Below, piece by piece: positions 36,684-46,122 of a stretch of 64,000 nucleotides of DNA; the first letter of the stretch is position 1, and each line of letters starts with the position of its first letter. The translations under genes were made by a program, and so were the position numbers. Source of the stretch: an uncultured Candidatus Saccharibacteria bacterium (GTDB taxonomy: Bacteria; Patescibacteriota; Minisyncoccia; Phycocordibacterales; UBA9973). The stretch is taken from contig CAZGNC010000003.1 of assembly GCA_964527235.1 (NCBI GenBank), forward strand, positions 47,809 through 111,808, written 5' to 3'. A model generated the notes under the pieces. It did no database searches. It worked only from the letters and a program-made list of their open reading frames with translations, and was not told where the DNA came from.

Positions 36684-37694
36684 TTATTTTTCGCTTATGG
36701 TGTATCTATCGAGCACAGCTTCGAACATTAAAGGTGCGATAATTGTCGCGTCAGACTCTATGACGAACATCGGAGTTTCTTTAGTAAGCTTGTCCCAAGT
36801 AATCTTCTCATTCGGAGTAGCTCCAGAGTATGAACCATATGAAGTAGTAGAGTCTGAAATCTGACAGAAATATCCCCAAGGCCTAACTTCTTTCTTGAGG
36901 TCATACTTTATCGAAGGCACTACACATATAGGGAAATCCCCAGAGATACCTCCACCGATCTGGAAGAATCCTAATCCTGGGCCATCTTTCGCTAATTCTG
37001 GATACCAATCATAAAGCGCGTTCATGTATTCAACTCCGCTTTTCATTATCGTGGCACTCACTTCACCAGACTTCACATACCCAGCAAAAATATTCCCCAA
37101 AGTTGAGTCCTCCCAGCCTGGCACCACTATCGGCAAGTTCGCCTTCGCAGCTTCGAGTAGCCAGCATGCATTAGGGTCGCCTTCGTATTTACCCTTGAGC
37201 TCATCTGAGAGAAGAATTTGATAGAAATATTCATGAGGGAAATATCTCTCACCTTTAGCTTCAGCTTCTTTCCAGCGTTTTAGTATTATAGGTTCAACTA
37301 CGCGAAATGCTTCTTCTTCAGGGATAGAAGTATCGGTAACACGGCGTTCGCCACGCTCGAGGATTTTCTCATCATCTTCTTTGGTGAAATATCGATAATC
37401 AGGATAGTCCTTGTAACTATCGTGAGCTACAAGTCTAAATACTGATTCTTCGAGGTTGGCACCTGTGCAAGAAATAATATGAATCTTCTTTTCCTTGATC
37501 ATCGGCGCGAGAGTCACTCCCATCTGAGCAGAAGACATGGCACCACCCATAGCGAGCAACATTTTGCCTCCGTCGTCTAAATGTTTCTTGAAAGCGATAG
37601 TCGCGTCTTTCATCTGGCGCGAATTGAAGTTATGAAATAATTTTTTAAACAAATCTAAAACAGTTATGTTGTTGGACATGAGTACATTATACAA
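36684..37694 (-). CDS. deoxyhypusine synthase-like protein
   Basis: DHS-family pattern ...HIISCTGANLEE...FQIGGGISGDFP... and length about 336 aa. Confidence 0.6.
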   Translation of the reverse strand: MYNVLMSNNITVLDLFKKLFHNFNSRQMKDATIAFKKHLDDGGKMLLAMGGAMSSAQMGVTLAPMIKEKKIHIISCTGANLEESVFRLVAHDSYKDYPDYRYFTKEDDEKILERGERRVTDTSIPEEEAFRVVEPIILKRWKEAEAKGERYFPHEYFYQILLSDELKGKYEGDPNACWLLEAAKANLPIVVPGWEDSTLGNIFAGYVKSGEVSATIMKSGVEYMNALYDWYPELAKDGPGLGFFQIGGGISGDFPICVVPSIKYDLKKEVRPWGYFCQISDSTTSYGSYSGATPNEKITWDKLTKETPMFVIESDATIIAPLMFEAVLDRYTISEK

Positions 37695-37717
37695 ATTTAT
37701 AGAGAAAAAGAAAAAGT

Positions 37718-37746
37718 TTGACGAAAGAGCGAAAATGTGCTATACT
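37718..37746 (+). promoter_or_regulatory. sigma70 promoter TTGACG-17-TATACT for cassette 6
   Basis: TTGACG 37718-37723, TATACT 37741-37746. Confidence 0.5.
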
Positions 37747-37763
37747 GTATGTAGTAGTGTCCA

Positions 37764-38084
37764 ATGGGCACCGTGTCCTTTGGAAACCCAACCCCGACCG
37801 GGCGGAGAATAATGCTTGTAAAGATTCGCTGGAACACAAAGGTGCTGAGACTGTGTCTCAAGCACGCCAAGATCACCCGTCACGAGAAAAATGTCATCGG
37901 AAAAGCGATGACTACGGGTGAAGGGCTGGTGAATGCATTACGCATACTGGCCCAAATCCTCGCCTTCGTGGCAATGTCCATGGAGGCAAAGGAGGAAGTA
38001 ACTCACGTTGTCGTCGAACGTCATCGTGAGGCATCTGGTGCCGACCTTATCGAAGAAGAGGTTGGCGTCGGAATCGCCGCCTAG
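37764..38084 (+). CDS. GC-rich cassette 6: 106-aa (or 90-aa from ATG 37812) small protein, unknown function
   Basis: GC-rich ORF immediately after the promoter; the alternative start at 37812 has GGCGGAG upstream; shares its terminator with cassette 7. Confidence 0.35.
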   Translation: MGTVSFGNPTPTGRRIMLVKIRWNTKVLRLCLKHAKITRHEKNVIGKAMTTGEGLVNALRILAQILAFVAMSMEAKEEVTHVVVERHREASGADLIEEEVGVGIAA

Positions 38085-38090
38085 CGGTCA

Positions 38091-38138
38091 TCGCCGCCGA
38101 GGAGCCGCCAACCGCGCTCTCCGGCGGCTCTTTCGTTC
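38091..38138 (+). terminator. terminator CGCCGCCGAGGAGCCGCCaACCGCGCTCtCCGGCGGCTC + TTT (copy 1)
   Basis: 8-bp GAGCCGCC/GGCGGCTC stem; duplicated at 38375-38420. Confidence 0.6.
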
Positions 38139-38158
38139 AATAACTTAGGTGAAAAACC

Positions 38159-38371
38159 ATGAAAGAAGAAGAACGGAAAGAGCTTGAAAAGGCACTGAGA
38201 GACATCAAGCATCTAGCAATCAGATGTACGACCGATGCCTCGGGACACCTCAAGCTCTCAGAAGGAGACAGGGCCTTGATGGCAAAATACGCAGAAGCGG
38301 TCATCCAGATATTGAGCACAGCGCTCGCGACCGCAAGAAGTTTCAGGAAGAAGAAGCGAAAGAAGAAGTAA
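38159..38371 (+). CDS. GC-rich cassette 7: 70-aa helical protein with poly-Lys/Arg tail (…FRKKKRKKK)
   Basis: SD AGGTGA 7 nt upstream of ATG; followed by the second terminator copy. Confidence 0.4.
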   Translation: MKEEERKELEKALRDIKHLAIRCTTDASGHLKLSEGDRALMAKYAEAVIQILSTALATARSFRKKKRKKK

Positions 38372-38374
38372 CAC

Positions 38375-38420
38375 GCCGCCGAGGAGCCGCCGACCGCGCT
38401 CCCGGCGGCTTTTCAGTTGT
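38375..38420 (+). terminator. terminator copy 2 (CGCCGCCGAGGAGCCGCCgACCGCGCTCCCGGCGGCT + TTT)
   Basis: Near-identical to 38091-38138. Confidence 0.6.
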
Positions 38421-38458
38421 GGGTTGCCTTAAAACCTTAAATATGCAATAATAGAGCA

Positions 38459-38701
38459 ATGAATTTAGTCATAGAAATTCTGCCTTATGTGCAGATTATT
38501 CTTTCAGTAGTATTAGTGCTCGCAATACTTCTCCAGCAAACAGGTGCCGGAGTAGGCGGAGCGTTGGGTGGTGGAGAGAGCGAATCATTCAGTCACACTC
38601 GACGTGGTTTTGAGAAATTTCTTTTTTATCTATCCATTGTGTGTGGAATTCTTTTTGCTTTATCTGCATTTCTATCTATAATATTAGGAGCGAGAAGCTA
38701 A
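38459..38701 (+). CDS. secG: preprotein translocase subunit SecG
   Basis: 80 aa, two TM helices flanking Gly-rich LLQQTGAGVGGALGGGESESFS. Confidence 0.8.
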   Translation: MNLVIEILPYVQIILSVVLVLAILLQQTGAGVGGALGGGESESFSHTRRGFEKFLFYLSIVCGILFALSAFLSIILGARS

Positions 38702-38758
38702 TCCCTGCGTCCAAGAGACGCCACCTTGTATTGATTTCGTATTGCATAAAATTTTTTT

Positions 38759-40519
38759 ATGGAAAATTTATTTAGTCCTAAGCGCAATTTTAAATTGCCA
38801 AACAAATCAGAGATAAGTTTGGTGTTTTCTTCGTTTTCTAAGAAAGAATGGATGTTTTTTATCCTACTTGTACTCATGCTATTCGGTAGTACGCTAGCTA
38901 TACTACAAAGTATAAATAAGAATTTCATGGTGAAGGTTCCAATGCGAGGTGGCGAACTGTCTGAAGGCATCATCGGCACTCCCCGCTTCGTGAACCCAGT
39001 ACTTGCATTCTCAGACCCAGACCGCGATTTGGTTTCACTTATCTACTCTGGATTAATGCGAAAAGACGCCTCAGGTGTCCTAGTTCCTGACCTTGCAGAA
39101 AACTACGAAGTCTCAGAAAATGGGCTGTCTTACACTTTCACCCTAAAAGAAAAAGCATTCTTCCATGATGACACCCCAGTCACAGCAGACGACATCGTAT
39201 TTACTATAACTAAAATCAAGGATCCGATAATCAAGAGTCCACGTAAAGGCAACTGGGACGGCGTCAGTGTCGCGAAAGTAGATGACCGCACAGTCGTCTT
39301 TAACCTTCAGCAACCATATACATCATTCCTAGAAAATGCGACCTTGGGAATCCTACCGGAGCACGTATGGGCAAACTCACCTATAGAACTAAATGACGCC
39401 AACATCAACGCCATAGGTTCGGGTCCTTATATGGTTAAAGATGTAAGCAAGCAATCTTCTGGTACTATAAATTTCTACGAGCTAGAAGCTTTCAAGAAAT
39501 TCAGTATCTCTAGGCCTTATATCAAAAAGATAATGGTAAGGTTCTACCAAAACGAAAGCGATCTAATTACTGCCTTAGAAGAAAATAAAGTGGATCAAGC
39601 AAGCTCTGTAACTCCAGCCAACGCCGAGACACTAAGAGAGAAAGGCTATCGCGTAGAATCCTCTACCCTACCTAGAATATTCGGGCTATTTTTCAATCAA
39701 AGTCAAAACCAAATTTTCATAGACAAGGCTGTAGTACGAGCGATAGACCAAGCCATTGATAAAGATCGCATAATCAGCGAAGTTCTGTTCGGTTATGGAG
39801 TAGCAATCGAAGACCCTATACCACCAAACATGATCGGTTATCAAAAACTTACAGAAGAAAGAAACACTAATCACGCAGAGATGGTAGAGAAAGTAAAAGC
39901 TGATTTGGCGAAAAGTGGATGGGCAATAGGTGAAAGTGGTTTCTTAGAGAAGACAGTTACCGAGAATAAGAAGAAAACCACGAAAGTTCTCGAATTCTCT
40001 ATCTCAACAGGCAACGCTCCAGAATTAGCGAAATCCGCAGCTCTTATACAAGAAGACCTAGCTAGTGTGGGAATGAAGGTAGAAGTTAAAACCTTCGATG
40101 TGGGAAATCTAAACCAATCTGTTATTCGCCCTAGAAAATACGACGCCTTGCTCTTCGGACAAATAATCAACAACGAATCAGATTTATTTGCTTTCTGGCA
40201 CTCTTCTCAGAGAAAAGACCCAGGCCTAAACGTCGCAATGTACACCAACGCAAAAGTAGACAAAATCCTTGAAGATTCATTTATCACCACAGACGCCAAC
40301 GAGAGAGTAAAGAAATACGCACAATTCGAAGATGAAATAAAGAAAGATATGCCTGCGGTATTCTTATATAGCCCGAACTTTATATATGTAGTATCAAAAG
40401 ACGTTCAAGGACTTTCAATCGATCACGTGGTCTCCCCTGCAGCTAGGTTTATAAATTCATACTTATGGTACATTGATACTGATAATGTATGGAAAGTATT
40501 CTCTAAGTATCAGTACTAA
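38759..40519 (+). CDS. ABC transporter substrate-binding protein, family 5 (peptide/nickel-type SBP), membrane-anchored
   Basis: Size, N-terminal TM anchor and overall SBP_bac_5-like pattern; no catalytic motifs. Confidence 0.55.
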   Translation: MENLFSPKRNFKLPNKSEISLVFSSFSKKEWMFFILLVLMLFGSTLAILQSINKNFMVKVPMRGGELSEGIIGTPRFVNPVLAFSDPDRDLVSLIYSGLMRKDASGVLVPDLAENYEVSENGLSYTFTLKEKAFFHDDTPVTADDIVFTITKIKDPIIKSPRKGNWDGVSVAKVDDRTVVFNLQQPYTSFLENATLGILPEHVWANSPIELNDANINAIGSGPYMVKDVSKQSSGTINFYELEAFKKFSISRPYIKKIMVRFYQNESDLITALEENKVDQASSVTPANAETLREKGYRVESSTLPRIFGLFFNQSQNQIFIDKAVVRAIDQAIDKDRIISEVLFGYGVAIEDPIPPNMIGYQKLTEERNTNHAEMVEKVKADLAKSGWAIGESGFLEKTVTENKKKTTKVLEFSISTGNAPELAKSAALIQEDLASVGMKVEVKTFDVGNLNQSVIRPRKYDALLFGQIINNESDLFAFWHSSQRKDPGLNVAMYTNAKVDKILEDSFITTDANERVKKYAQFEDEIKKDMPAVFLYSPNFIYVVSKDVQGLSIDHVVSPAARFINSYLWYIDTDNVWKVFSKYQY

Positions 40520-40587
40520 AGATCTCATTAGAAAAATTATAAAATTTATTAATACCCGCCTGTCGGGACAAACAAGAAAAAACAAAA

Positions 40588-42570
40588 ATGATTAAAAAGA
40601 ACAGACTGTCTTTCAGCTCAGTAAGTGTCGAGGATAAAAAGCCCGCTCGCAGTACCACGCATGGTCATCATGGCGGAGATACTCGAGGCCATTCACATGG
40701 GCACCACAATACACCTCACGCCCCACACACTGCAGGTGGACACAAATCCCCTGAGAAAAGACGCCCAGTAAAAAATTCTACCTATCAGTATTCTAAGAAA
40801 AACTTCGGCCGAGGCGGAGCTGGTGGACGCCCTTACCCTAATAAAGGCCAGTACAACATGTCTGGTGACGGCAAGATACCCCCACCAGAGCCAGGAGTAA
40901 TCCGAATAATTCCCCTAGGAGGAGTAGAGGAAATCGGCAAGAACATGACTGCAATCGAAATCGATGACGATATCGTAGTCATCGACGCAGGTATGCACTT
41001 CTCTACCGAAGAAACTCCGGGTGTAGACTACGTGATCCCGAACACGACTTATCTAGAAGAAAGAAAAGAAAAAATTCGCGCTCTCATAATCACTCACGGT
41101 CACCTAGATCATATCGGTGGTGTGCCTTTAGTGCTTTCTCGTATCGGCAACCCTCCGGTATATTCAAGAAATCTTACTGCCCTACTCATGAGAAAAAGAG
41201 CGGCAGAATTCCCTCAGCTACCAGCAATGAAAGAAAACATCGTCGAGAAAGACGAAGTCATAACTTGCGGGAAAATAAGAATTCGATTCTGGGGAGTAAC
41301 TCATACTATCCCTGACTCTATGGGAGTAATTATAGAAACCAAGCATGGATGGATCGTTAACCCTGGTGACTACAAGCTCGACCAAGTCGACGGCGTTGTT
41401 TCAGATCGTGAAGAAGAAGAATATAAAATTTTCGACAAAGCCAAGACTCTGCTATTAATGACAGACTCTACCAACATCGAGAACGAAGGCTTTGCGCTTC
41501 CAGAAATAAAAGTACACCAAGGATTAGAGAACCTAATCAGGAAAAACAGTGGCAGACTCATCATCGCTGCTTTCGCATCACACATAAGTCGCTTGGTGAA
41601 AGTTATTCAAATAGCAGAAATGCTCGGTAAGAAAGTCGCACTCAATGGACGTTCGATGAAAACCAACATGGATGTGGTGTTCGAGGCTGGATTATTTAGC
41701 CCAAAGAAAGGCACAATCATACCTATGGAAGAAGTAGACAGCTACCCTCCAAACAAAGTCATAATACTTACAACTGGCGGACAAGGTGAAGAATTCTCAG
41801 GACTTAACCGCGCAGCGAATAAAACTGACAAAAAATTCTCGATCAAAAAAGGAGACACTGTTATTCTCTCTGCTTCTATCGTCCCAGGCAACGAACGCCA
41901 AGTTCAGAAAATGAAAGACGGCCTATCACGACAAGGCGTGAAGATAATAAGTTACCGCACCCCAGGTGAAGACTTCGTGCATGCGACTGGTCACGGCAAC
42001 AAAGAAGACATCAAATGGCTTCACAGAAAAGTAAAATCTAAATTCTTTATCCCAATACACGGTCATCATTACCACCTAGAACTTCACAAAGAACTTGCTC
42101 TCGAGCTCGGAATGCCAGAATCAAACGTAGTCGTACCAGACAATGGTTCTATCATAGAAATATCTCCCGATGGAGAAAAAATATCTGTTCGTAAGGAGAA
42201 AGCTCCAAGTGGAGCGATGATGGTTGATGGAGTATCTGTTGGAGACACTCAAGACGTAGTCATACGCGACCGTATGATGCTAGCGCAAGACGGAATGTTC
42301 GTGATACTTGCTATCGTCGACCAGAAAACTGGTAAATTGAAGAAATCCCCAGACCTTATATCTCGCGGATTCGTATACCTCAAAGAAAACCAGGAGCTTC
42401 TACGCCAAGTAAGAATCCTAATTAAGAAAAGCGTAGAAGACGCTACTGCCAAGATGAACCCTATTGATTTCGATTACATAAAAAATGATTTAGGCGAAAC
42501 TGTATCAAAGTACCTTTACCAAAAAACAGCTAAAAGACCTCTCGTAATACCTGTAGTACTCAGCGTATAA
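40588..42570 (+). CDS. rnj: ribonuclease J with N-terminal His/Gly-rich low-complexity extension
   Basis: Metallo-beta-lactamase motif ITHGHLDHIGG, beta-CASP region, RNase J C-terminal domain. First about 100 aa are HGHHGGDTRGHSHGHHNTPHAPHTAGGH-rich. Confidence 0.85.
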   Translation: MIKKNRLSFSSVSVEDKKPARSTTHGHHGGDTRGHSHGHHNTPHAPHTAGGHKSPEKRRPVKNSTYQYSKKNFGRGGAGGRPYPNKGQYNMSGDGKIPPPEPGVIRIIPLGGVEEIGKNMTAIEIDDDIVVIDAGMHFSTEETPGVDYVIPNTTYLEERKEKIRALIITHGHLDHIGGVPLVLSRIGNPPVYSRNLTALLMRKRAAEFPQLPAMKENIVEKDEVITCGKIRIRFWGVTHTIPDSMGVIIETKHGWIVNPGDYKLDQVDGVVSDREEEEYKIFDKAKTLLLMTDSTNIENEGFALPEIKVHQGLENLIRKNSGRLIIAAFASHISRLVKVIQIAEMLGKKVALNGRSMKTNMDVVFEAGLFSPKKGTIIPMEEVDSYPPNKVIILTTGGQGEEFSGLNRAANKTDKKFSIKKGDTVILSASIVPGNERQVQKMKDGLSRQGVKIISYRTPGEDFVHATGHGNKEDIKWLHRKVKSKFFIPIHGHHYHLELHKELALELGMPESNVVVPDNGSIIEISPDGEKISVRKEKAPSGAMMVDGVSVGDTQDVVIRDRMMLAQDGMFVILAIVDQKTGKLKKSPDLISRGFVYLKENQELLRQVRILIKKSVEDATAKMNPIDFDYIKNDLGETVSKYLYQKTAKRPLVIPVVLSV

Positions 42571-42571
42571 A

Positions 42572-43723
42572 ATGATTGCTCATAATCGCAAAATCATCTA
42601 CATAGCAGGGTTCCTCTTCTCCATACCGATGGCCCTGACGTCTTACATAAACTCAAGCTTCTTAGAAAATTACATAAATGCGTACAATGTTAGTATCACT
42701 TACATTGTGTCTTCGGTGTTGTCGATTCTGCTTATGCTCAAGATGCCAGACTTGCTGACCAAAATTGGCAATCGCCTCACCACCCTCGTATTCGGTGTCT
42801 TAACTTTACTATCCTACCTAGGACTTGCCTTCAGTAGCAATCCTGCGGTCATAGTTGGAGCTTTCATATTGTATTTCGTCTCAACCAACTTTATCCTGGC
42901 TTCACTTGATATATTTATCGAAGATTTCTCACCCAAAAGAAACATCGGCAGTGCCCGTGGCATGTATCTCATGATCATAAACTCAGCTTGGGTAATCTCA
43001 CAAATAATCTCAGGATCAATTATAGCCAAAAGCTCATTTAAGGGTATTTATTTATTCTCGGCAGGATTTATTTTCTTATTCTCTGTAATTTTTGTCTTGT
43101 TTTTGAAAAATTTCAAAGACCCAAAGTACAAGAAGGTCCCAGTTATCAAAACTGCGCGAGTTTTCATCAACAACAAAAACATCTCAAGGATTTATTTATT
43201 GAATTTTATTCTTAGATTCTTTTTTGCCTGGATGATAATATACACACCTATCTATCTAGTTAACTACATGAATTTCGGCTGGGCAGAAATAGGGGGAATG
43301 TTCAGTATAATGCTTTTACCTTTTGTATTTTTAGGTTTTCCTTTAGGGAAATTGTCAGACAAGATAGGCGAGAAGAAAATACTCACAATAGGTTTTCTAG
43401 TAAGTGCTTTTTCTGTAGCCCTGATTCCATTCTTTGTTCTGCCGAATTTCTGGCTTTGGGCTGGAATATTATTCACGACACGTGTAGGTGCTGCGACCAT
43501 CGAGGTAATGAGCGAAACATATTTCTTTAAATCAGTGAGCGAAGAAGACGATGACGAGATCAGTTTCTTCCGCAACACCATGCCACTGTCATTCATAATC
43601 GCTCCACTAGTGGCGATACCTGTGCTTTATTTCGTGCCATCTTTTAAATATATTTTCTTTGTACTTAGTGCAGTTTTATTCTTCGGCGTATTTGTATCAC
43701 TGAGACTTAAGGACGTGAGATAA
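42572..43723 (+). CDS. MFS-like transporter
   Basis: 383 aa, 10-12 TM helices. Confidence 0.6.
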   Translation: MIAHNRKIIYIAGFLFSIPMALTSYINSSFLENYINAYNVSITYIVSSVLSILLMLKMPDLLTKIGNRLTTLVFGVLTLLSYLGLAFSSNPAVIVGAFILYFVSTNFILASLDIFIEDFSPKRNIGSARGMYLMIINSAWVISQIISGSIIAKSSFKGIYLFSAGFIFLFSVIFVLFLKNFKDPKYKKVPVIKTARVFINNKNISRIYLLNFILRFFFAWMIIYTPIYLVNYMNFGWAEIGGMFSIMLLPFVFLGFPLGKLSDKIGEKKILTIGFLVSAFSVALIPFFVLPNFWLWAGILFTTRVGAATIEVMSETYFFKSVSEEDDDEISFFRNTMPLSFIIAPLVAIPVLYFVPSFKYIFFVLSAVLFFGVFVSLRLKDVR

Positions 43724-43725
43724 AC

Positions 43726-45024
43726 CTACTTAGCCGGTTCAAGCACAACAGATACTGTCTTCTCTTCTCCGCGGTGTAATATTTTCAACTTCACCAAATC
43801 CCCTACATTTTTATTTCGAATCTCTAGTGCCAGACTAGTATCCTCATCTAACTTCACCCCATCTATCTCTAGAATAATATCATTCTCGACAATTCCCGCC
43901 TTATCAGCTGGGGAACCTGGGATCACAGCTAGCTCATTTTTATTTTCACCTGCTTTAACTATCACACCATAATCTACCGACAAATCATTCTTCTCTTTCA
44001 TTTCTGCATTGATTGCAACATAGCGCACACCCAAATAAGGACGAATTATCTTACCAGTAGTTTTCACTGATTCAATAGCTCCCTTTACGCTATTTATAGG
44101 CAAGGCAAAACCAATGCTTTGTGAACCTTGTGCGACAGCAACATTGACACCAACTACCCTACCAGATAAATCCAACAGTGGACCACCAGAGTTCCCAGGA
44201 TTAATTGCCGCATCGGTCTGTATCACATGATCCAGAAGTTCAGTCTTTCCAGAAGAATCACCAGCAGTGATAGAACGAGACAACCCCGATACTACCCCTA
44301 CAGAAACTGTATTACGAAATTCAGCTAAAGCATTACCTATCGCAATAACACTCTGCCCAACCTCGAGCGAGTCAGAATTGCCCAAAGAAAGAAATGGGAA
44401 ATCAGAACCATCTATTTTAATCAGAGCAATATCGAGTACTGGGTCGAGAGCTATAACTTTCGCCTGATGTTTCTTGCCATCATTTGTGAAAACGGTATAT
44501 TCAACGTCTTTTTGATCAACAACATGTTTATTAGTGACAATCAGCCCATCTTTAGAAACAAAGAATCCTGACCCTCCTCCTATCTCCTTTTTTTCTGTGC
44601 CATTCTGACGATACTGCGGGAAATTAAACAAGAACCCTGGGAACATATCACCGAACGGACTATCATTGTTCGGATTTACGTAAGTTTCATATTTAGGTAC
44701 TTCTTTAGATATAACAATAGACACAACAGCTGGATTGGTCTTCTTCACCGCACCTACTACAAAAGATTCCTGAGAAAACACAGCCTGCTTATCTAGAAAT
44801 TTCTCTCCAGTGCCACTAGTTTCATTCTTAAGAGAGATGTCTTGAATGTTCTGTAAATATTCGGTAGCAAAATATTCGAACAAGTTCGCTCTAAAATACC
44901 ACGCGAATGCTCCTAACAATACGAGCAATGATAAAAAAGAAAGGAAACTTATAAAAAATATACGTGCGAATTCGCCACGATGAAATATCTTACTAAATAA
45001 TTCTTTAATATTTATCTTTTCCAT
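43726..45024 (-). CDS. HtrA/DegP family serine protease (trypsin domain + PDZ), membrane-anchored
   Basis: GNSGGPLLDLSGRVVGVN catalytic-Ser motif; His/Asp upstream; C-terminal PDZ. Confidence 0.85.
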   Translation of the reverse strand: MEKINIKELFSKIFHRGEFARIFFISFLSFLSLLVLLGAFAWYFRANLFEYFATEYLQNIQDISLKNETSGTGEKFLDKQAVFSQESFVVGAVKKTNPAVVSIVISKEVPKYETYVNPNNDSPFGDMFPGFLFNFPQYRQNGTEKKEIGGGSGFFVSKDGLIVTNKHVVDQKDVEYTVFTNDGKKHQAKVIALDPVLDIALIKIDGSDFPFLSLGNSDSLEVGQSVIAIGNALAEFRNTVSVGVVSGLSRSITAGDSSGKTELLDHVIQTDAAINPGNSGGPLLDLSGRVVGVNVAVAQGSQSIGFALPINSVKGAIESVKTTGKIIRPYLGVRYVAINAEMKEKNDLSVDYGVIVKAGENKNELAVIPGSPADKAGIVENDIILEIDGVKLDEDTSLALEIRNKNVGDLVKLKILHRGEEKTVSVVLEPAK

Positions 45025-45061
45025 ATTGGTTAAAATTAAATATTACCGATAATATTATTTA

Positions 45062-45502
45062 TTATATTTTTCTTTTTCCTCTTAGCAAGCTGTTTTTATA
45101 TATCTTATGCTTGAAGGGTTTTAAGCGAACAATTTTCACGTTTAAACCCTTATTTTTCAAGTCTTTTTTAAGATTCTCGACATAATGCGTCTGGTCATAT
45201 CCCAAGGCGATTATGTCTGGACGTTCTTTCAAGATATGAGGAATGTGATCTCGCACCCCAGAGAGCACTACTTTATCTACTAATTCACAGTTTTTAAGCA
45301 ATGCCATCCTCGCCTTTTCGTTTAGGTGAGGTATATGATGCTTAATCTTAAAAACATTTTTATCTCGGGCAATCGAAACAATCAAAAAAGCTTGGTCTCG
45401 AGCAAGCTCTCTTGCTTGTCTAAAGAAATCCAAATGCCCCGGATGCAATCCATCGAAAGTCCCAAAAAGCATAACTTTTTTTATGTTGTTTGTCTTTGCC
45501 AT
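45062..45502 (-). CDS. cytidylyltransferase-like nucleotidyltransferase (RibL/FAD-synthetase or TagD-like)
   Basis: LFGTFDGLHPGHLDFF (H/T)xGH motif. Confidence 0.6.
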   Translation of the reverse strand: MAKTNNIKKVMLFGTFDGLHPGHLDFFRQARELARDQAFLIVSIARDKNVFKIKHHIPHLNEKARMALLKNCELVDKVVLSGVRDHIPHILKERPDIIALGYDQTHYVENLKKDLKNKGLNVKIVRLKPFKHKIYKNSLLRGKRKI

Positions 45503-45505
45503 AAA

Positions 45506-46117
45506 TTACTTTTTATACTCTACTATCTTCCCTGCTTCTATTTCTATAGCGTCTGCCTTTCGTAAATTTTTAAATTTTTCATCTCTGGCGATATCGTAAT
45601 GCTTAACCCTATCGAGCTCTTCATCTATGCCCCAGAGATTCTCATATGAAGTCGGCCAGTCGTGTTCGAAAGTAGTTAGATTCAAAGGCTTAGAATATTT
45701 GCGCAAGGTCTTCTTGCCATTATCTAAGAAGTATTCATGAAAATACGACATCACAAGCTCGCGTAGATCTTTATAGACTGGCTCACGATAACGCAGTACC
45801 GCGTGATTGGTTTTAGACAATGCACCCCAAAGACCATCAACTTTAAAAGGTGCTATAACATGATCGAAGTCACCCTTGGTCGCCTCGAGGTGTAGCACCA
45901 ATGGCTCAAATCCATGCAGAGATAAAATATACGCCCCCAAGATAGCTCCTTCTATACAATGCGCGCTACCAGTACGTAACACCTGCATGGGGGATTTCAG
46001 TGTTGGTCGGCCGTCTTCTTCAAAGTTAAAATTCAAACTATTCAGAAAGTCCTGCACTTTGGCTGGAGTGTTCAGCTTGTTCATCAAAGATATTTCTTTT
46101 TTTGTAAATTCAAGCAT
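45506..46117 (-). CDS. hypothetical protein (transglutaminase/cysteine-protease-like Cys-His-Asp?)
   Basis: GSAHCIEGAILGAYIL ... HLE ... FDHV; weak. Confidence 0.3.
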   Translation of the reverse strand: MLEFTKKEISLMNKLNTPAKVQDFLNSLNFNFEEDGRPTLKSPMQVLRTGSAHCIEGAILGAYILSLHGFEPLVLHLEATKGDFDHVIAPFKVDGLWGALSKTNHAVLRYREPVYKDLRELVMSYFHEYFLDNGKKTLRKYSKPLNLTTFEHDWPTSYENLWGIDEELDRVKHYDIARDEKFKNLRKADAIEIEAGKIVEYKK

Positions 46118-46122
46118 AAATT

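Noticed and set aside
38698-38979. 93-aa minus-strand ORF overlapping the start of the SBP gene
   Set aside because: Antisense to a well-supported 586-aa gene with no signals of its own.
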